Below, one piece after another: positions 8,437 through 18,209 of a DNA stretch of 64,000 nt. The notes below the pieces were generated by a model. It saw only the letters and a list, made by a program, of their open reading frames with translations. It did no database searches and was not told where the DNA came from. The stretch lies in assembly GCA_963783375.1 (NCBI GenBank), contig CAWANH010000029.1:448001-512000 (forward strand). The letters are read 5' to 3'. Each line of letters begins with the position of its first letter. The first letter of the stretch is position 1. The translations under genes were made by a program, and so were the position numbers. This DNA is from Candidatus Eiseniibacteriota bacterium. Its GTDB lineage: Bacteria > Eisenbacteria > RBG-16-71-46 > JABDJR01.

Positions 8437-9738
8437 CTAGCCGGGAATCTTCAGCCGCTGGCCGGGGCGGATGAGCCCCGCCGCCCCGATTCCGTTCAGC
8501 TTCCGGAGCGTGGACACCGGGACTCCGTACCGGTGGGCGATGCCCCACAGGGTGTCCCCGGCCTTCACCCGATGCACCTGGGAAGGCGGGGCGGGGCGGG
8601 TTTCGGGGATGGCCTCCCTGCGGAGTTCGGCCAGCACCGATTGCCCGGTCCCCTTGGGAACCCGGGCCCGCACCGCGTGGCCGTCGAAGGGGGTGGTCTC
8701 CCGAAGCCAAGCCGGGTTCAGGCGCCGGAGGGAGTCCGCGGAAACCGAACACGCCCGGGCCAGGTCCTCGATCCGCATCGGATAGGAGAGGCTCACCACG
8801 TCATAGGACATCGCATCCTCTCCGGAAGCGGGTAGGGGATCCTCCCCGTCGAGCCCGTGCAGAAGATCGGCCAGGGCGAGGGCGCGGGGAACGTAGCGGC
8901 GGGTCTCGGGGGGGAGCGGGATCCTCCAGAAGTCGGCGGTCCCTGCCTCGGCCATCCGGTGGAGCACTCGGCTCGGTCCGCAATTGAACGCGGCGAGGGC
9001 CAGGAGCCCGCTCCCAAGATCCTCCCGGAGCTGGGAGAGGTAGCGGCATGCCGCCCGGGTGGCCGCTTCCCAGTCCCGGCGCTGGTCCCGGTCGGCGGTG
9101 ATGAGAAGGCCCAGATGGCGGGCGGTGGGACCGACGAACTGCCAGGGGCCGACCGCGTTGGATCGACTCCGGGCCCCCACGTCAAGACCGCTCTCCAGGA
9201 GCGCCAGCACCCAGAGCTCGGTCGGGAGCCCCTCGTCCCCGAGGATCCGGACGATGTCCTCCCGGTAGGGCGCAGCTTGTCTCAACCACTGGGCGAGCCC
9301 TCGAGCGCCCTTCCCCCCGAAGTAGGCCCTCCACCGCCGGACCTCGGGACGGGCGAGATCCTCTGGGCTCCACCACGGCTCGACCGGCGGGGCCATCTTC
9401 TCCGCGGCCGGGGCCGGCCGGGACAGCCGTCCGAGCACGTCGGTTCGCGCCCAGAGGGCCAGCACCGAGGCGGCGAAGGCCGGTCCCTCCTCCCCGGCGG
9501 CCGGCTCCTCGACCCCCAGGCGGACCAGGAGGTTCTCAGCCGCCCGGGAGGCGGCCAGAGGTCTCCCGGATTCCAGGAGCACCCGGGCGGCGGAGAGCTC
9601 GAGGCGGAGATCGGCCAGGCGGGGATCGGGGGCGATGACCTCGGGAGCGACCGGGGACGGAGCCGGAGGCGGCGCGGTGGCGCATCCCGCGACCAGGGCG
9701 GAGGCGATGAGGAGAAGGGTTCGCCGCAGTAGTTTCAC
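8437..9738 (-). CDS. MltD-like lytic murein transglycosylase lipoprotein with C-terminal LysM
   Basis: Lipobox 'LVAGC', SLT motifs 'LLESG..ARS...AVGPWQF', 'AAFNCG', 'ETRRYVP', LysM 'HRVKAGDTLWGIAHRYGV..L..LN..IRPGQRLKIP'. Confidence 0.88.
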   Translation of the reverse strand: MKLLRRTLLLIASALVAGCATAPPPAPSPVAPEVIAPDPRLADLRLELSAARVLLESGRPLAASRAAENLLVRLGVEEPAAGEEGPAFAASVLALWARTDVLGRLSRPAPAAEKMAPPVEPWWSPEDLARPEVRRWRAYFGGKGARGLAQWLRQAAPYREDIVRILGDEGLPTELWVLALLESGLDVGARSRSNAVGPWQFVGPTARHLGLLITADRDQRRDWEAATRAACRYLSQLREDLGSGLLALAAFNCGPSRVLHRMAEAGTADFWRIPLPPETRRYVPRALALADLLHGLDGEDPLPASGEDAMSYDVVSLSYPMRIEDLARACSVSADSLRRLNPAWLRETTPFDGHAVRARVPKGTGQSVLAELRREAIPETRPAPPSQVHRVKAGDTLWGIAHRYGVPVSTLRKLNGIGAAGLIRPGQRLKIPG

Positions 9739-9852
9739 GGCGCCGGAGTCTACCAGCCGGCCCCCGCCCCGGAAAGCGCCGGGGCTCTTCCCGGTCAAGG
9801 CGCTCGCCTCCGAGGCCGATAATCCAACCATACCCTGAGGAGGGAGACCCCT

Positions 9853-10146
9853 TTGCCCTACGAAGACTACCGCCTGAATGCCCAGGTGCGGACCGTCCTG
9901 GTGCGCCGGTGGATCGATCTCAGCAAGGTCGAGTACGGCGTGACCAACGGCGTGGTGTACCTGCGCGGCTCCCTCCTGCCCCACCAGACCAAGCGGGAGC
10001 AGGGCGACGAGCGCCTCCGGCAGGAAGAGGAGGCAACGGTGGCGGGAAGGTTGGAGCGCCTGCTCCGCCAGCTCCCAGGTGTTCGCGATGTCGTGTTCCA
10101 GCTCGACCGGGTGGTCAAGGTGGGCTGGCGCTGGAGGCCCCGATGA
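9853..10146 (+). CDS. Small BON-domain-like protein
   Basis: SD GGAGGGAG before a TTG start; 'V.NGVVYLRG...LPGVRDVV' BON-like pattern. Confidence 0.6.
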   Translation: MPYEDYRLNAQVRTVLVRRWIDLSKVEYGVTNGVVYLRGSLLPHQTKREQGDERLRQEEEATVAGRLERLLRQLPGVRDVVFQLDRVVKVGWRWRPR

Positions 10147-11453
10147 CGGATCACAAGCGGCTCATATTCGGCCTCCCCGTCGATGCGGACGTGCTGCGCC
10201 TGGTGGAGGAGGAATCCGAGCGCCACCCCCACTGGCCGGACGTCCAGAACCGTTGGGGCCTGGTCCTTCTGCTGCGCGGCAGGTTCACCGAGGCGGAACA
10301 GGTGTTCGGGCGGTGCCTCGATCTCAACCCCCGTTACGCGTGGGCGGCCTTGAACCTCGCCCAATGTCTCGCCCTGGCCGGCAAGTACGAACGCGCCCTC
10401 GCGGTGTGGAAACAGGCCGGGGAGCCGGAGCGGGGCGCCCGCGACTACGTGGCCGCCTTCCTGGATCTCCTGGAGTCGCGCGCCGAGGCGGGGAGGGCCC
10501 GCCTCGACGGACTGCCGGATGATCTTCGCGAACGTCCGGACTTTCTGCGGCTGCGCGCGACGCTGCTCCGCGAGTCCCGGCCCGAGGAAGCGGAGAGTCT
10601 CCTGCAGAGGGCGCTCGAGGATCCGGATGTCGGCGGGACCGGCATCGATGACGCCGGCGACGCCTGGCCCTTCGGGTACGTGGCCGGATTGTGGCAGCTG
10701 TGGATCGAGGTCAGCAGCCTGGAGGCCCGACTGGGCCGGATGGATGCGGCCGAGGCCTATGCCCATCGCGCTTTCCGTCATTGGTCCGACCGGGGAACCC
10801 TCTTTCACCAGCGGGGGATGGTGGCGTCGTTGGCCGGGAACGACGAACAGGCGGTGGCTCTTTACGAGGAGGCGGCCCGGATGGCTCCGGACACCCCCCG
10901 GCCCCTCATCTCGCTGGCTTACCACTGGAGCGCCATGGGTGAGTTGGAGCGGGCGCGTGAAGCTCTGGCTCAAGCGCTCCAACGAGCCCCGCGCTTCGCC
11001 GATCTGCACCACCAGATGGGGCTCCTGGAACGCGCGCGCGGTTCGTTCCAGGACGCCCTGCACGAGTTTCAGGTCGCGCTGGAGATCAACCCGCGCTACA
11101 CCCTGGCGCGCCTCGACGTGGCCGCCGCCCTCTTCGATCTCCATCGATGGAAGGAGGCGCGGGCGGTCTACCGCGAATGCGTCGCCGGGGGTATCCGTTC
11201 CTCCGACATCTACCTCCAGGTGGGGGAGGCGGAGGAACATCTCGGAAACCTCGAGGAGGCGGAGAGCTCCTATCGCGAGGCGCTCCGCCTGAACCCCGGG
11301 GAAGTGGAGGCGCACTACCTCCTGGGCCGGCTCTATCGCACGTGGGGGGATGCCGAGAAGGCCCGTCTCTCCTGGTCCAAATTCCTGGAGCTCACCGGTG
11401 ACGATACCCGCGCCGCCGAGGTGAAGACGCTGCTCCGGGACAAGGCTTCGTAA
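10143..11453 (+). CDS. Tetratricopeptide-repeat protein
   Basis: ATG at 10143 overlaps the upstream stop; many TPR units ('AL.LNP....A...LG'). Confidence 0.8.
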   Translation: MTDHKRLIFGLPVDADVLRLVEEESERHPHWPDVQNRWGLVLLLRGRFTEAEQVFGRCLDLNPRYAWAALNLAQCLALAGKYERALAVWKQAGEPERGARDYVAAFLDLLESRAEAGRARLDGLPDDLRERPDFLRLRATLLRESRPEEAESLLQRALEDPDVGGTGIDDAGDAWPFGYVAGLWQLWIEVSSLEARLGRMDAAEAYAHRAFRHWSDRGTLFHQRGMVASLAGNDEQAVALYEEAARMAPDTPRPLISLAYHWSAMGELERAREALAQALQRAPRFADLHHQMGLLERARGSFQDALHEFQVALEINPRYTLARLDVAAALFDLHRWKEARAVYRECVAGGIRSSDIYLQVGEAEEHLGNLEEAESSYREALRLNPGEVEAHYLLGRLYRTWGDAEKARLSWSKFLELTGDDTRAAEVKTLLRDKAS

Positions 11454-11476
11454 TCGCATCCGGAGGGGGAACGAAC

Positions 11477-12654
11477 ATGGATATGGAACAGGAAATCCAG
11501 ACCGCCCCGGCCCGGCGACGCCGGTCCGGCGGTTTCTTCTGGGGTCTGGCCCTGGGGCTCCTGGGGGCGCTGGCAGTTCTCGCCGCCGGTGACCTGGGAT
11601 GGACGGGGATGCCCTCGTTCTCCGGCCGCCCCGCCGCGGCGGAGACCGCGGGGGGAGCGACGGCGCAATGTCCACCGCGGCGGTGTACCTGGCCGGCGCC
11701 ATCCCCGAGGGACTCTCGGTCTACGTGGACGGAAAGGTCACCGCCCCCGCCTCCGGCGGCGACGGAAGCCTCTTCACCGTGGATCGGAACGCCCGTCGGC
11801 TCGAGGTCCGGGGGTCCCAGGGTCCGCTCTGGGCCACCCGGCTCACCCTTCGCGGAGACGCCCCGGATACCCTGCGACCCCTCCTGGGCGGCGACGTGGT
11901 GACGGAGGTGAACCGCCAGGGCCCGACCGGAGCCCTCTACGTGGACGGAACCCTACGCGGCGCCGCTCCGGGCACGGTTTCCGACGTTTCGCCGGGCTGG
12001 CACGTGGTGAGCGTTCGAAACGGGGACGACGTCCTCTTCGAGGACGCCTGCGTGGTGCGCTCCGGGGAGGTGACCCTGGTCACCGTCCCTCCGGTTCCCC
12101 CCCAGGGGAAGGGTCGGATCGACGCCCGCTCACGCATTCTCGACGATCGGGGCCTGACCGAGGTGGAGGGAAACCCGGTCTCGGTGGACGGCCAGCCCGC
12201 CGGAGTCACCCCGGCCGAACTCACCTTGCCCGCGGGATTTCACAGCGTGCGGGTTGAGTGCGCGGGCTACCCGGCCCGGGTCAACGTGGTCTATCTCGAA
12301 GCCGGGCGCTCGCTCTACGTGAACGCCGATTTCGGGGGCGAAGAGGGGCTTCAGGTATCGGTGGCTCCGCCGTCCGAGGCCGCGGTGCGGGGCCCGGTGG
12401 CCATTCCGGTGCGGGTGGAAGCCGGGGGTGAATCGGTGGAGCTCCGCCAGGGGACGCTGTCCCTGGTGCGGCCCGGGCAGGCCCGGCCCCTGACCATCCC
12501 GATGGTGGCTTCCGGGACCGATTCCAGACTCTGGGTGGCGGTGCTCCCCGCGAACCTCACCGCCTCGCGAGCCACGCTGACCGGCTACGCTTCCGGGGTC
12601 GACGCCCTGGGACGCCGCGGGGATTCGGAGATCTTCCATCTGACCCTGCGTTGA
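11477..12654 (+). CDS. Membrane-anchored PEGA-domain protein (apparent single frameshift near 11650-11667)
   Basis: SD GGAGG and an N-terminal TM in ORF 11477. PEGA repeats ('LYVDG..RG..P...V..VSPG.H.V', 'VDG..AG.TP..L.LPAG.H.VRV') are in ORF 11599..12654. The frames switch at a G-run. Confidence 0.65.
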
Positions 12655-12712
12655 CCGGTCGCCCGACCGGACCGTCGGGATTGTGCCGGGGCCGCGCCCC
12701 CTGATAAAGTGA

Positions 12713-15088
12713 GTGCGGCCCTGCCGCTTGCCGCCCCGCTTCCCGCGTCTCCTCCGTCCCTGGGAAACTCATCGCGTGGGATGGAGATGTCCGACCGGCG
12801 TGGCCACCGCTGCCGCCCTGGTCCTGGGGACCGCCCTCGGTCCCCTCGGTCCCCCCGGTCCGCTCGCCATCGCCGCCGCGGCGTTCGGCGTTCCGGCTCT
12901 GTTGTTCCGGCGCCGCCGCCGGCGCGGGGCGCCCGCCCTGGTGGCCTCGGTGGTCGCGATCACCACGCTCGGGGCCGGCGCGGGAGCGCTCCGGATCTCC
13001 GGCCCGCGCCCCGCCCCCCTGATCTACCGAACCGACGTTCCGGTGGCCGGAAAGGTGGAGGGGTGGGAGACGCGCGCGGGCGGGATTATGGTGACGGTCC
13101 GGGCCTACCGCGTCGGCGCCCTCCGACCCGACCCTCCGGTGACGATCACCCTGTTCGGGGAGCCGGCCTGGGGAGACGTTCCCGCCGCCGGCTGGGTACG
13201 CCTCCGGGGCCGCGTGGTCCCGTCCCGCAGCGGCACCGTCCCCGGGGGATGGGTGGATCGGAGAAGCGCGGGGCGGCTGGTCCCCGCGCGCGGGACCCGT
13301 CCGGAGTGGGGGCCGGGGCGGCCGCCCGCGATGCTGGTTCGGCGAGCGGCGTTGGCCCGCCGGGTCCGCAGCGCCCTCCGAGGCTTCCCGGCTCGTCTGG
13401 CCGAGGCCATGCTCCTCGGACGCGGGAGCGCGCTCACGCCCGGGGAACGCGCGGCGTTCCGGCGCTCCGGGGCGTCGCACCTGGTGGCGGTGAGCGGCCT
13501 CCACGTGGGACTTCTGGCCGGACTCGTCGCCTTGCTCCTGGCCGGTGCGCCGGCGTGGATGCGGAGCGCGGCGGTGGCGCTGGCCGGATGGGGTTATGCC
13601 GCACTGGCCGGATGGTCCCCCTCGGCGGTGCGCGCCGCCACCCTGGTGACCCTGGTCACCGCGGGATCCCGGGTCCGGCGGCCGCGGCCCTCTCCGGCGT
13701 GGCTCGCCCTGGCGCTCCCGTGGCTGGTGTGGGCCGATCCGGCCCTGATCCGATCGGTGAGCTTCCGCTTGTCGGTCGGAGCGGTTGCGGGAATCCTCCT
13801 CGCCCTCGAGATCGTCCGCCCCCCGACCGGACTCCGGGGGATCCTCGCCGGCCCGGCCGCCGCGGGGCTCGGCGCTCAGTGGGGGACACTACCCGCCGCG
13901 CTCGCCGCCTTCGGCACCATCTCCCCCCTGGCCCTCCTTCCCAACCTGGCCGCCATCCCCCTGGCCGGGCTCTTCCTGCCCGCGGTCCTGGTGACCCTGG
14001 CCAGCGCCGGGACGCCCGGGGTGGGGGTGATCGCGCGTGACGCGGCCATGGCCCTGGGCGCGGCGATCGGGGGGGTGCTCGGGCCCGCTTCCCGGCACTT
14101 GCCCTACGTGAGCGGGTGGCCGCCGCCCGCCGCCTGGGCGGTTGGGTTCTCGGCCCTGGTGCCGCTGATCTGGTTCGCGGGTCCGGGCGAGGTGCGCCGG
14201 CGGGGGAGGTGGCGGTGGGCGGCGCTCCTGGCCTCGGCGGCGGCGGCGGCTCTTTGCCTGCTGTCCCGGCCGCCGGAGAGGGGACCGTGGGCCGCGTTCC
14301 TGGACGTGGGGCAGGGGGACGCCGCGGTGTTCCGACTCGCCGGGGGCTCGGTGTGGGTGGTGGACGTCGGGGACGACCGGGGCCCCGGCGACGCGGCGCG
14401 AAACGCGGTGCTGCCGTTCCTCCGCCACGCCGGCGTCCGCCGGGTGAACGGGCTCATCCTCTCCCACCGGCACCGGGACCACGTGGGAGCGTTGGGGCCG
14501 TTCCTCGACGGGATGCGGGTGGACCGGATCTACGACGCGGGCTACGGGCGAGGCGGGGGAACCGCGGGGCGGGTGGACAGCGTTCTCGCCGCGCATCATG
14601 CCCTCGCCTGCCTGGTGGCGGCGGGGGACACCTTGTATCACGCCGGGACCGCGGTGATCCTGGCCGTCCATCCACCGCGGGGCAATCCCGTGGGGCCGGT
14701 TCCCGGCGGAGATCTGAACGAGGTCTCGCTCATGGTGCGGGTGGTGGATGGAAGCTTCTCGGTGCTCTTCGCCGGGGACGGCGGGTTTCCCGCCGAGACC
14801 GCCTGCCTGGCCCGGGGAGAGCCGCTCTCCGCCCGGGTGCTCAAGGTCGGACATCACGGTAGTCGCTGGGCCAGCTCTCCGGAGTTCCTGCGCGCCGTCC
14901 ACCCGGGGACCGCGGTCATCTCGTGCGGAGTGGGGAACCGATACGGGCATCCCTCCGAGGAAGCCCTGTCCCGTCTCGCCGCCGCTCGGGCCCGGGTCCT
15001 TCGCACCGACCGGGACGGGACGGTTCTCGTTCGGGAGGGGCCCCGCGGCGCGATCTCGGTCTCCCTCCACCCGCCCCGGCGCCCGTGA
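12713..15088 (+). CDS. comEC: ComEC/Rec2 DNA-uptake channel (Competence and metallo-beta-lactamase domains)
   Basis: 'SG.SHLVAVSGLHV', 'SPSAVRA', 'F.LS', 'FLDVGQGDA', 'LSH.H.DH.G', 'LKVGHHGS', 'ISCG..NRYGHP'. The exact start is uncertain. Confidence 0.9.
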   Translation: MRPCRLPPRFPRLLRPWETHRVGWRCPTGVATAAALVLGTALGPLGPPGPLAIAAAAFGVPALLFRRRRRRGAPALVASVVAITTLGAGAGALRISGPRPAPLIYRTDVPVAGKVEGWETRAGGIMVTVRAYRVGALRPDPPVTITLFGEPAWGDVPAAGWVRLRGRVVPSRSGTVPGGWVDRRSAGRLVPARGTRPEWGPGRPPAMLVRRAALARRVRSALRGFPARLAEAMLLGRGSALTPGERAAFRRSGASHLVAVSGLHVGLLAGLVALLLAGAPAWMRSAAVALAGWGYAALAGWSPSAVRAATLVTLVTAGSRVRRPRPSPAWLALALPWLVWADPALIRSVSFRLSVGAVAGILLALEIVRPPTGLRGILAGPAAAGLGAQWGTLPAALAAFGTISPLALLPNLAAIPLAGLFLPAVLVTLASAGTPGVGVIARDAAMALGAAIGGVLGPASRHLPYVSGWPPPAAWAVGFSALVPLIWFAGPGEVRRRGRWRWAALLASAAAAALCLLSRPPERGPWAAFLDVGQGDAAVFRLAGGSVWVVDVGDDRGPGDAARNAVLPFLRHAGVRRVNGLILSHRHRDHVGALGPFLDGMRVDRIYDAGYGRGGGTAGRVDSVLAAHHALACLVAAGDTLYHAGTAVILAVHPPRGNPVGPVPGGDLNEVSLMVRVVDGSFSVLFAGDGGFPAETACLARGEPLSARVLKVGHHGSRWASSPEFLRAVHPGTAVISCGVGNRYGHPSEEALSRLAAARARVLRTDRDGTVLVREGPRGAISVSLHPPRRP

Positions 15089-15165
15089 CCGTCCGATAAG
15101 TCCGCTGACATTCCAGAGGAATCGAGCTAAGCTGCCGCCACACTCTGGGCTGTGGAGGTTCTATC

Positions 15166-16539
15166 GTGAGTTCCTGGATACGGTGCCGTGTCCCGACCCT
15201 GATCGGATCGCTCGTCGTCCTGCTCCTGGGACCGGCGTGCGGGAAGGACACCCTCTCGCCCGAGGATCCCGGTTGCATGGTCGAGCCCACGAGCCTCGAC
15301 CTCGGCGCGGTTCTCACCTTTCCCGGCGATTCTCCGGACACCATCGACGTGGCGATCACCGTGCATAGCCTGGTGATCATCAACTCCACCGGGGGAACCT
15401 CTCCCCTGACCGGGCAGGTTTCGGTGGCGATGCAGTCCACCGCCGCGCACCCTCCCCGGGTCGTGCTGCTCCCCGAGGGACGCGACCCCCACTTCGTGCT
15501 ACCCGCCCGTTCCTCGGAGACCTTCCGCTTCAAAGTCATCTACGACCCGACCACGAGCCCCGGGCTCCACCAGGGACAGCTCGCCTTCGGCCCCCCCTGC
15601 GCCGCGGTTCCCTTTTCCATCGAGGTCACCGTGGCGGCCGAGCCCAAACCGGTTTTCGTGGACGAGTGGGGAGAACCCGGGACCGGCCCCGGCCAGTACC
15701 GGACCCCGTCCAGCCTGGCCATGGGGAACGCGCACACCCTCTACATCGCCGACCAGGTCAACAACCGGGTGCAACTGCTCAACCGGACCGGCCAGGTGCT
15801 CGGGGAGTGGCGCCAGTGGGACGAACACGACATGGACCAGGGGCTCACCCAGTCCTTCCTCCCCGCCGGGGTGGCGGTGGGGCCGGACGGCGACGTCTAT
15901 CTCGCGGATACCGAGTACGAACACGGCCGGAAACGGATCACCCGGTTCACCGCCGACGGTGAGTTCGTGAAGCGGTGGGGACCGGTCCGCACCGGGGGAT
16001 CGATCTTCACCGATCCCTTCCATCTCGCGGTGGCTTCCGACGGAACCATCTTCTCGGTGGATTCGGGGGCGCGGGTGGTGCGGGCGTTTGTCCTCGACCA
16101 GAGCTCCGAGGGATATCAGGTGGTCGCCGAGTGGGGGGGATCCGATCTCTTCGGCGTCCCCCACGGCATTGCCCTTGGCGACTCGGGCTGGGTGTACGTG
16201 AGCGATCAGTCCCGGAACCGGATCCATCGCTTCGACCGGGAGGGGAACGAGACTCTCTCCTGGGGTGCGTTGGGCGAGGAGATCGGGCAGTTCCGGAGCC
16301 CGCTGGGGATCGCGGTGGACGGCGCGGGAGAGGTCTACGTGGCCGACTCGGGAAACTCCCGCGTCCAGAAGTTCACCTCCGACGGGACCTTCATCACCAC
16401 CTGGGGCGACCCGGGCGCCGACATCGGCCAGATGGACAAGCCGAACGACGTGGAGGTGGACGAGAACGGAATGATCTACGTGCTCGACCAGAGCCGGGAC
16501 AGGATCCTCCGATTTCAGCCCGCCCAGTCGGTTCCCTGA
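15166..16539 (+). CDS. NHL-repeat beta-propeller lipoprotein
   Basis: Lipobox-like 'LGPAC'; repeated NHL units 'F..P.GIAVD..G.VYVADS.N.RVQKF'. Confidence 0.82.
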   Translation: MSSWIRCRVPTLIGSLVVLLLGPACGKDTLSPEDPGCMVEPTSLDLGAVLTFPGDSPDTIDVAITVHSLVIINSTGGTSPLTGQVSVAMQSTAAHPPRVVLLPEGRDPHFVLPARSSETFRFKVIYDPTTSPGLHQGQLAFGPPCAAVPFSIEVTVAAEPKPVFVDEWGEPGTGPGQYRTPSSLAMGNAHTLYIADQVNNRVQLLNRTGQVLGEWRQWDEHDMDQGLTQSFLPAGVAVGPDGDVYLADTEYEHGRKRITRFTADGEFVKRWGPVRTGGSIFTDPFHLAVASDGTIFSVDSGARVVRAFVLDQSSEGYQVVAEWGGSDLFGVPHGIALGDSGWVYVSDQSRNRIHRFDREGNETLSWGALGEEIGQFRSPLGIAVDGAGEVYVADSGNSRVQKFTSDGTFITTWGDPGADIGQMDKPNDVEVDENGMIYVLDQSRDRILRFQPAQSVP

Positions 16540-16578
16540 ATCCGCCCGGCGAATCCCGGGAAGCGGCCGTCCGACCTC

Positions 16579-16608
16579 TTGCCGGTGGGGGAGACGGCCT
16601 GATACAGT
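16579..16608 (+). promoter_or_regulatory. Candidate sigma70 promoter of the pur operon
   Basis: TTGCCG-18 nt-TACAGT with an extended TG. Confidence 0.35.
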
Positions 16609-16638
16609 CCTTCCTTCTCGAAAGGGAAGGATCCGCCG

Positions 16639-17250
16639 GTGACCACGCTTGGAATCCTGGCCTCGGGACGGGGCTCCAACTGCGAAGCCATCCTGCGCGC
16701 ATGCGGGGAGGAACGTCTTGCCGCCCGCGTCGGCCTTGTCCTCTCCGATAACCCCGGAGCCGGAGCCCTGGCCCGGGCCGCGGAGCACCGCGTCCCCGCC
16801 CGTCACCTCGACCCCGGACGCAAGGGAGCCCGGCTCACCCCCGACGCCGAGACAGCTTACGCCGCCGCCTTCCGTGAGGCGGGGGTGGAGTGGGTGGCCC
16901 TGGCCGGGTTCATGCGCATCCTGGGTCCGGTCTTTCTCGACGCCTACGCGGGACGGGTGGTCAACATCCACCCTTCGCTCCTCCCCGCGTTCCCCGGGCT
17001 CCACGCCCAGCGACAAGCCTACGAGTACGGGGTCAAGACGGCGGGTTGCACCGTGCACTTCGTGGACGCCGGGGTGGACACCGGCCCCATCGTGATGCAG
17101 CGCGCGGTGCCGGTTCGCGACGAGGACTCGGTGGAGGACCTCGAAGCCCGGATCCTGGCCGAGGAGCATGCTCTCTACCTGGAAGCGCTGGCTCTCCTCA
17201 TCTCCGGCGGCTATCGGCTCGACGGCCGCCGGGTCGTCCGTTCATCCTGA
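16639..17250 (+). CDS. purN: Phosphoribosylglycinamide formyltransferase
   Basis: 'LASGRGSN', 'LAGFMRIL', 'NIHPSLLPAFPG', 'GCTVHFVD.GVDTGPI', 'EH.LY'. Confidence 0.95.
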   Translation: MTTLGILASGRGSNCEAILRACGEERLAARVGLVLSDNPGAGALARAAEHRVPARHLDPGRKGARLTPDAETAYAAAFREAGVEWVALAGFMRILGPVFLDAYAGRVVNIHPSLLPAFPGLHAQRQAYEYGVKTAGCTVHFVDAGVDTGPIVMQRAVPVRDEDSVEDLEARILAEEHALYLEALALLISGGYRLDGRRVVRSS

Positions 17251-17268
17251 TTCAATCGGAGGAACCTC

Positions 17269-18209
17269 GTGACATCCAAGTTCGTCGATGAAACCCCCCT
17301 GACCACCCTCGACTTGGGTCCGATCCAGCCTGCCCACCGGGGCAAGGTGCGCGAGATGTTCGATCTCGGGGACCGGCTCCTGATGGTGGCCACCGACCGC
17401 ATCTCCGCCTTCGACTGCATCCTTCCCACCGGCATTCCCGGGAAGGGGAAGATCCTGACCGAGCTCTCGGTGGCCTGGTTCGACGCTCTGGACGGGGTCG
17501 TGCCTCATCACTACATCTCACAAGAGGCCAACGAGTTCCCGGATCGAATTTCAACCGTTTCGTGAAGTCCTGGAGGGGCGGTCACTCCTGGTCAAGAAGG
17601 CCGACCGCTTCGACGTGGAGTGCGTGGTGCGCGGGTACCTGGCCGGCTCGGGCTGGAAGGAATACCGGAAGACGGGGGAGGTGTGCGGGATCCGCGCTCC
17701 CCGCCGGGCTCCGGGAGTCCGACCGGCTTCCCGAGCCGATCTTCACCCCGGCCACCAAGGCCGACGAGGGGCACGACGAGAACATCTCCTTCGACCGCAT
17801 GGCCGACATCGTGGGGAGCGAGGACGCGGCGTCGCTCCGGGACCTCTCCCTGGCCATCTACCGGAACGTGGCCGCCTACTGCGCGTCCCGGGGGATCATC
17901 GTCGCCGACACCAAGTTCGAGTTCGGCCGGGTCGGGGACGCCATCACCCTGATCGACGAGGTGCTCACCCCCGACTCCTCGCGGTTCTGGCCCGCCGACC
18001 TCTACGAGCCGGGACGCTCCCAGGACTCCTTCGACAAGCAGTACGTGCGCGACTACCTCGAGCAGCTCGACCTGGGACAAGGCCCCGCCCGCCCCGGCGC
18101 TTCCCGAGAAGGTGGCGCGGGCCATCCGCCGCGCCGCTACGCCGAGGCCCTGGAACGGCTGGTGGACCGCGCGCACCCGCTCCGCTTCACCCCGGAGACC
18201 TGGCGATGA
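17269..18209 (+). CDS. purC: SAICAR synthase (frameshifted in this sequence, probably an assembly error)
   Basis: 'GKVRE..D...[13 protein letters not shown]', '[16 protein letters not shown]', 'PIFTPATK', 'IADTKFEFG', '[12 protein letters not shown]', 'SFDKQ.VRD' are distributed over three frames. Confidence 0.88.

Noticed and set aside
16540-16638. Possible ZTP riboswitch or SD-sequestering hairpin (TCCTTCCTT/AGGGAAGGA) upstream of purN
   Set aside because: The ZTP consensus elements are not matched, and the candidate promoter would start transcription inside the hairpin's 5' arm.
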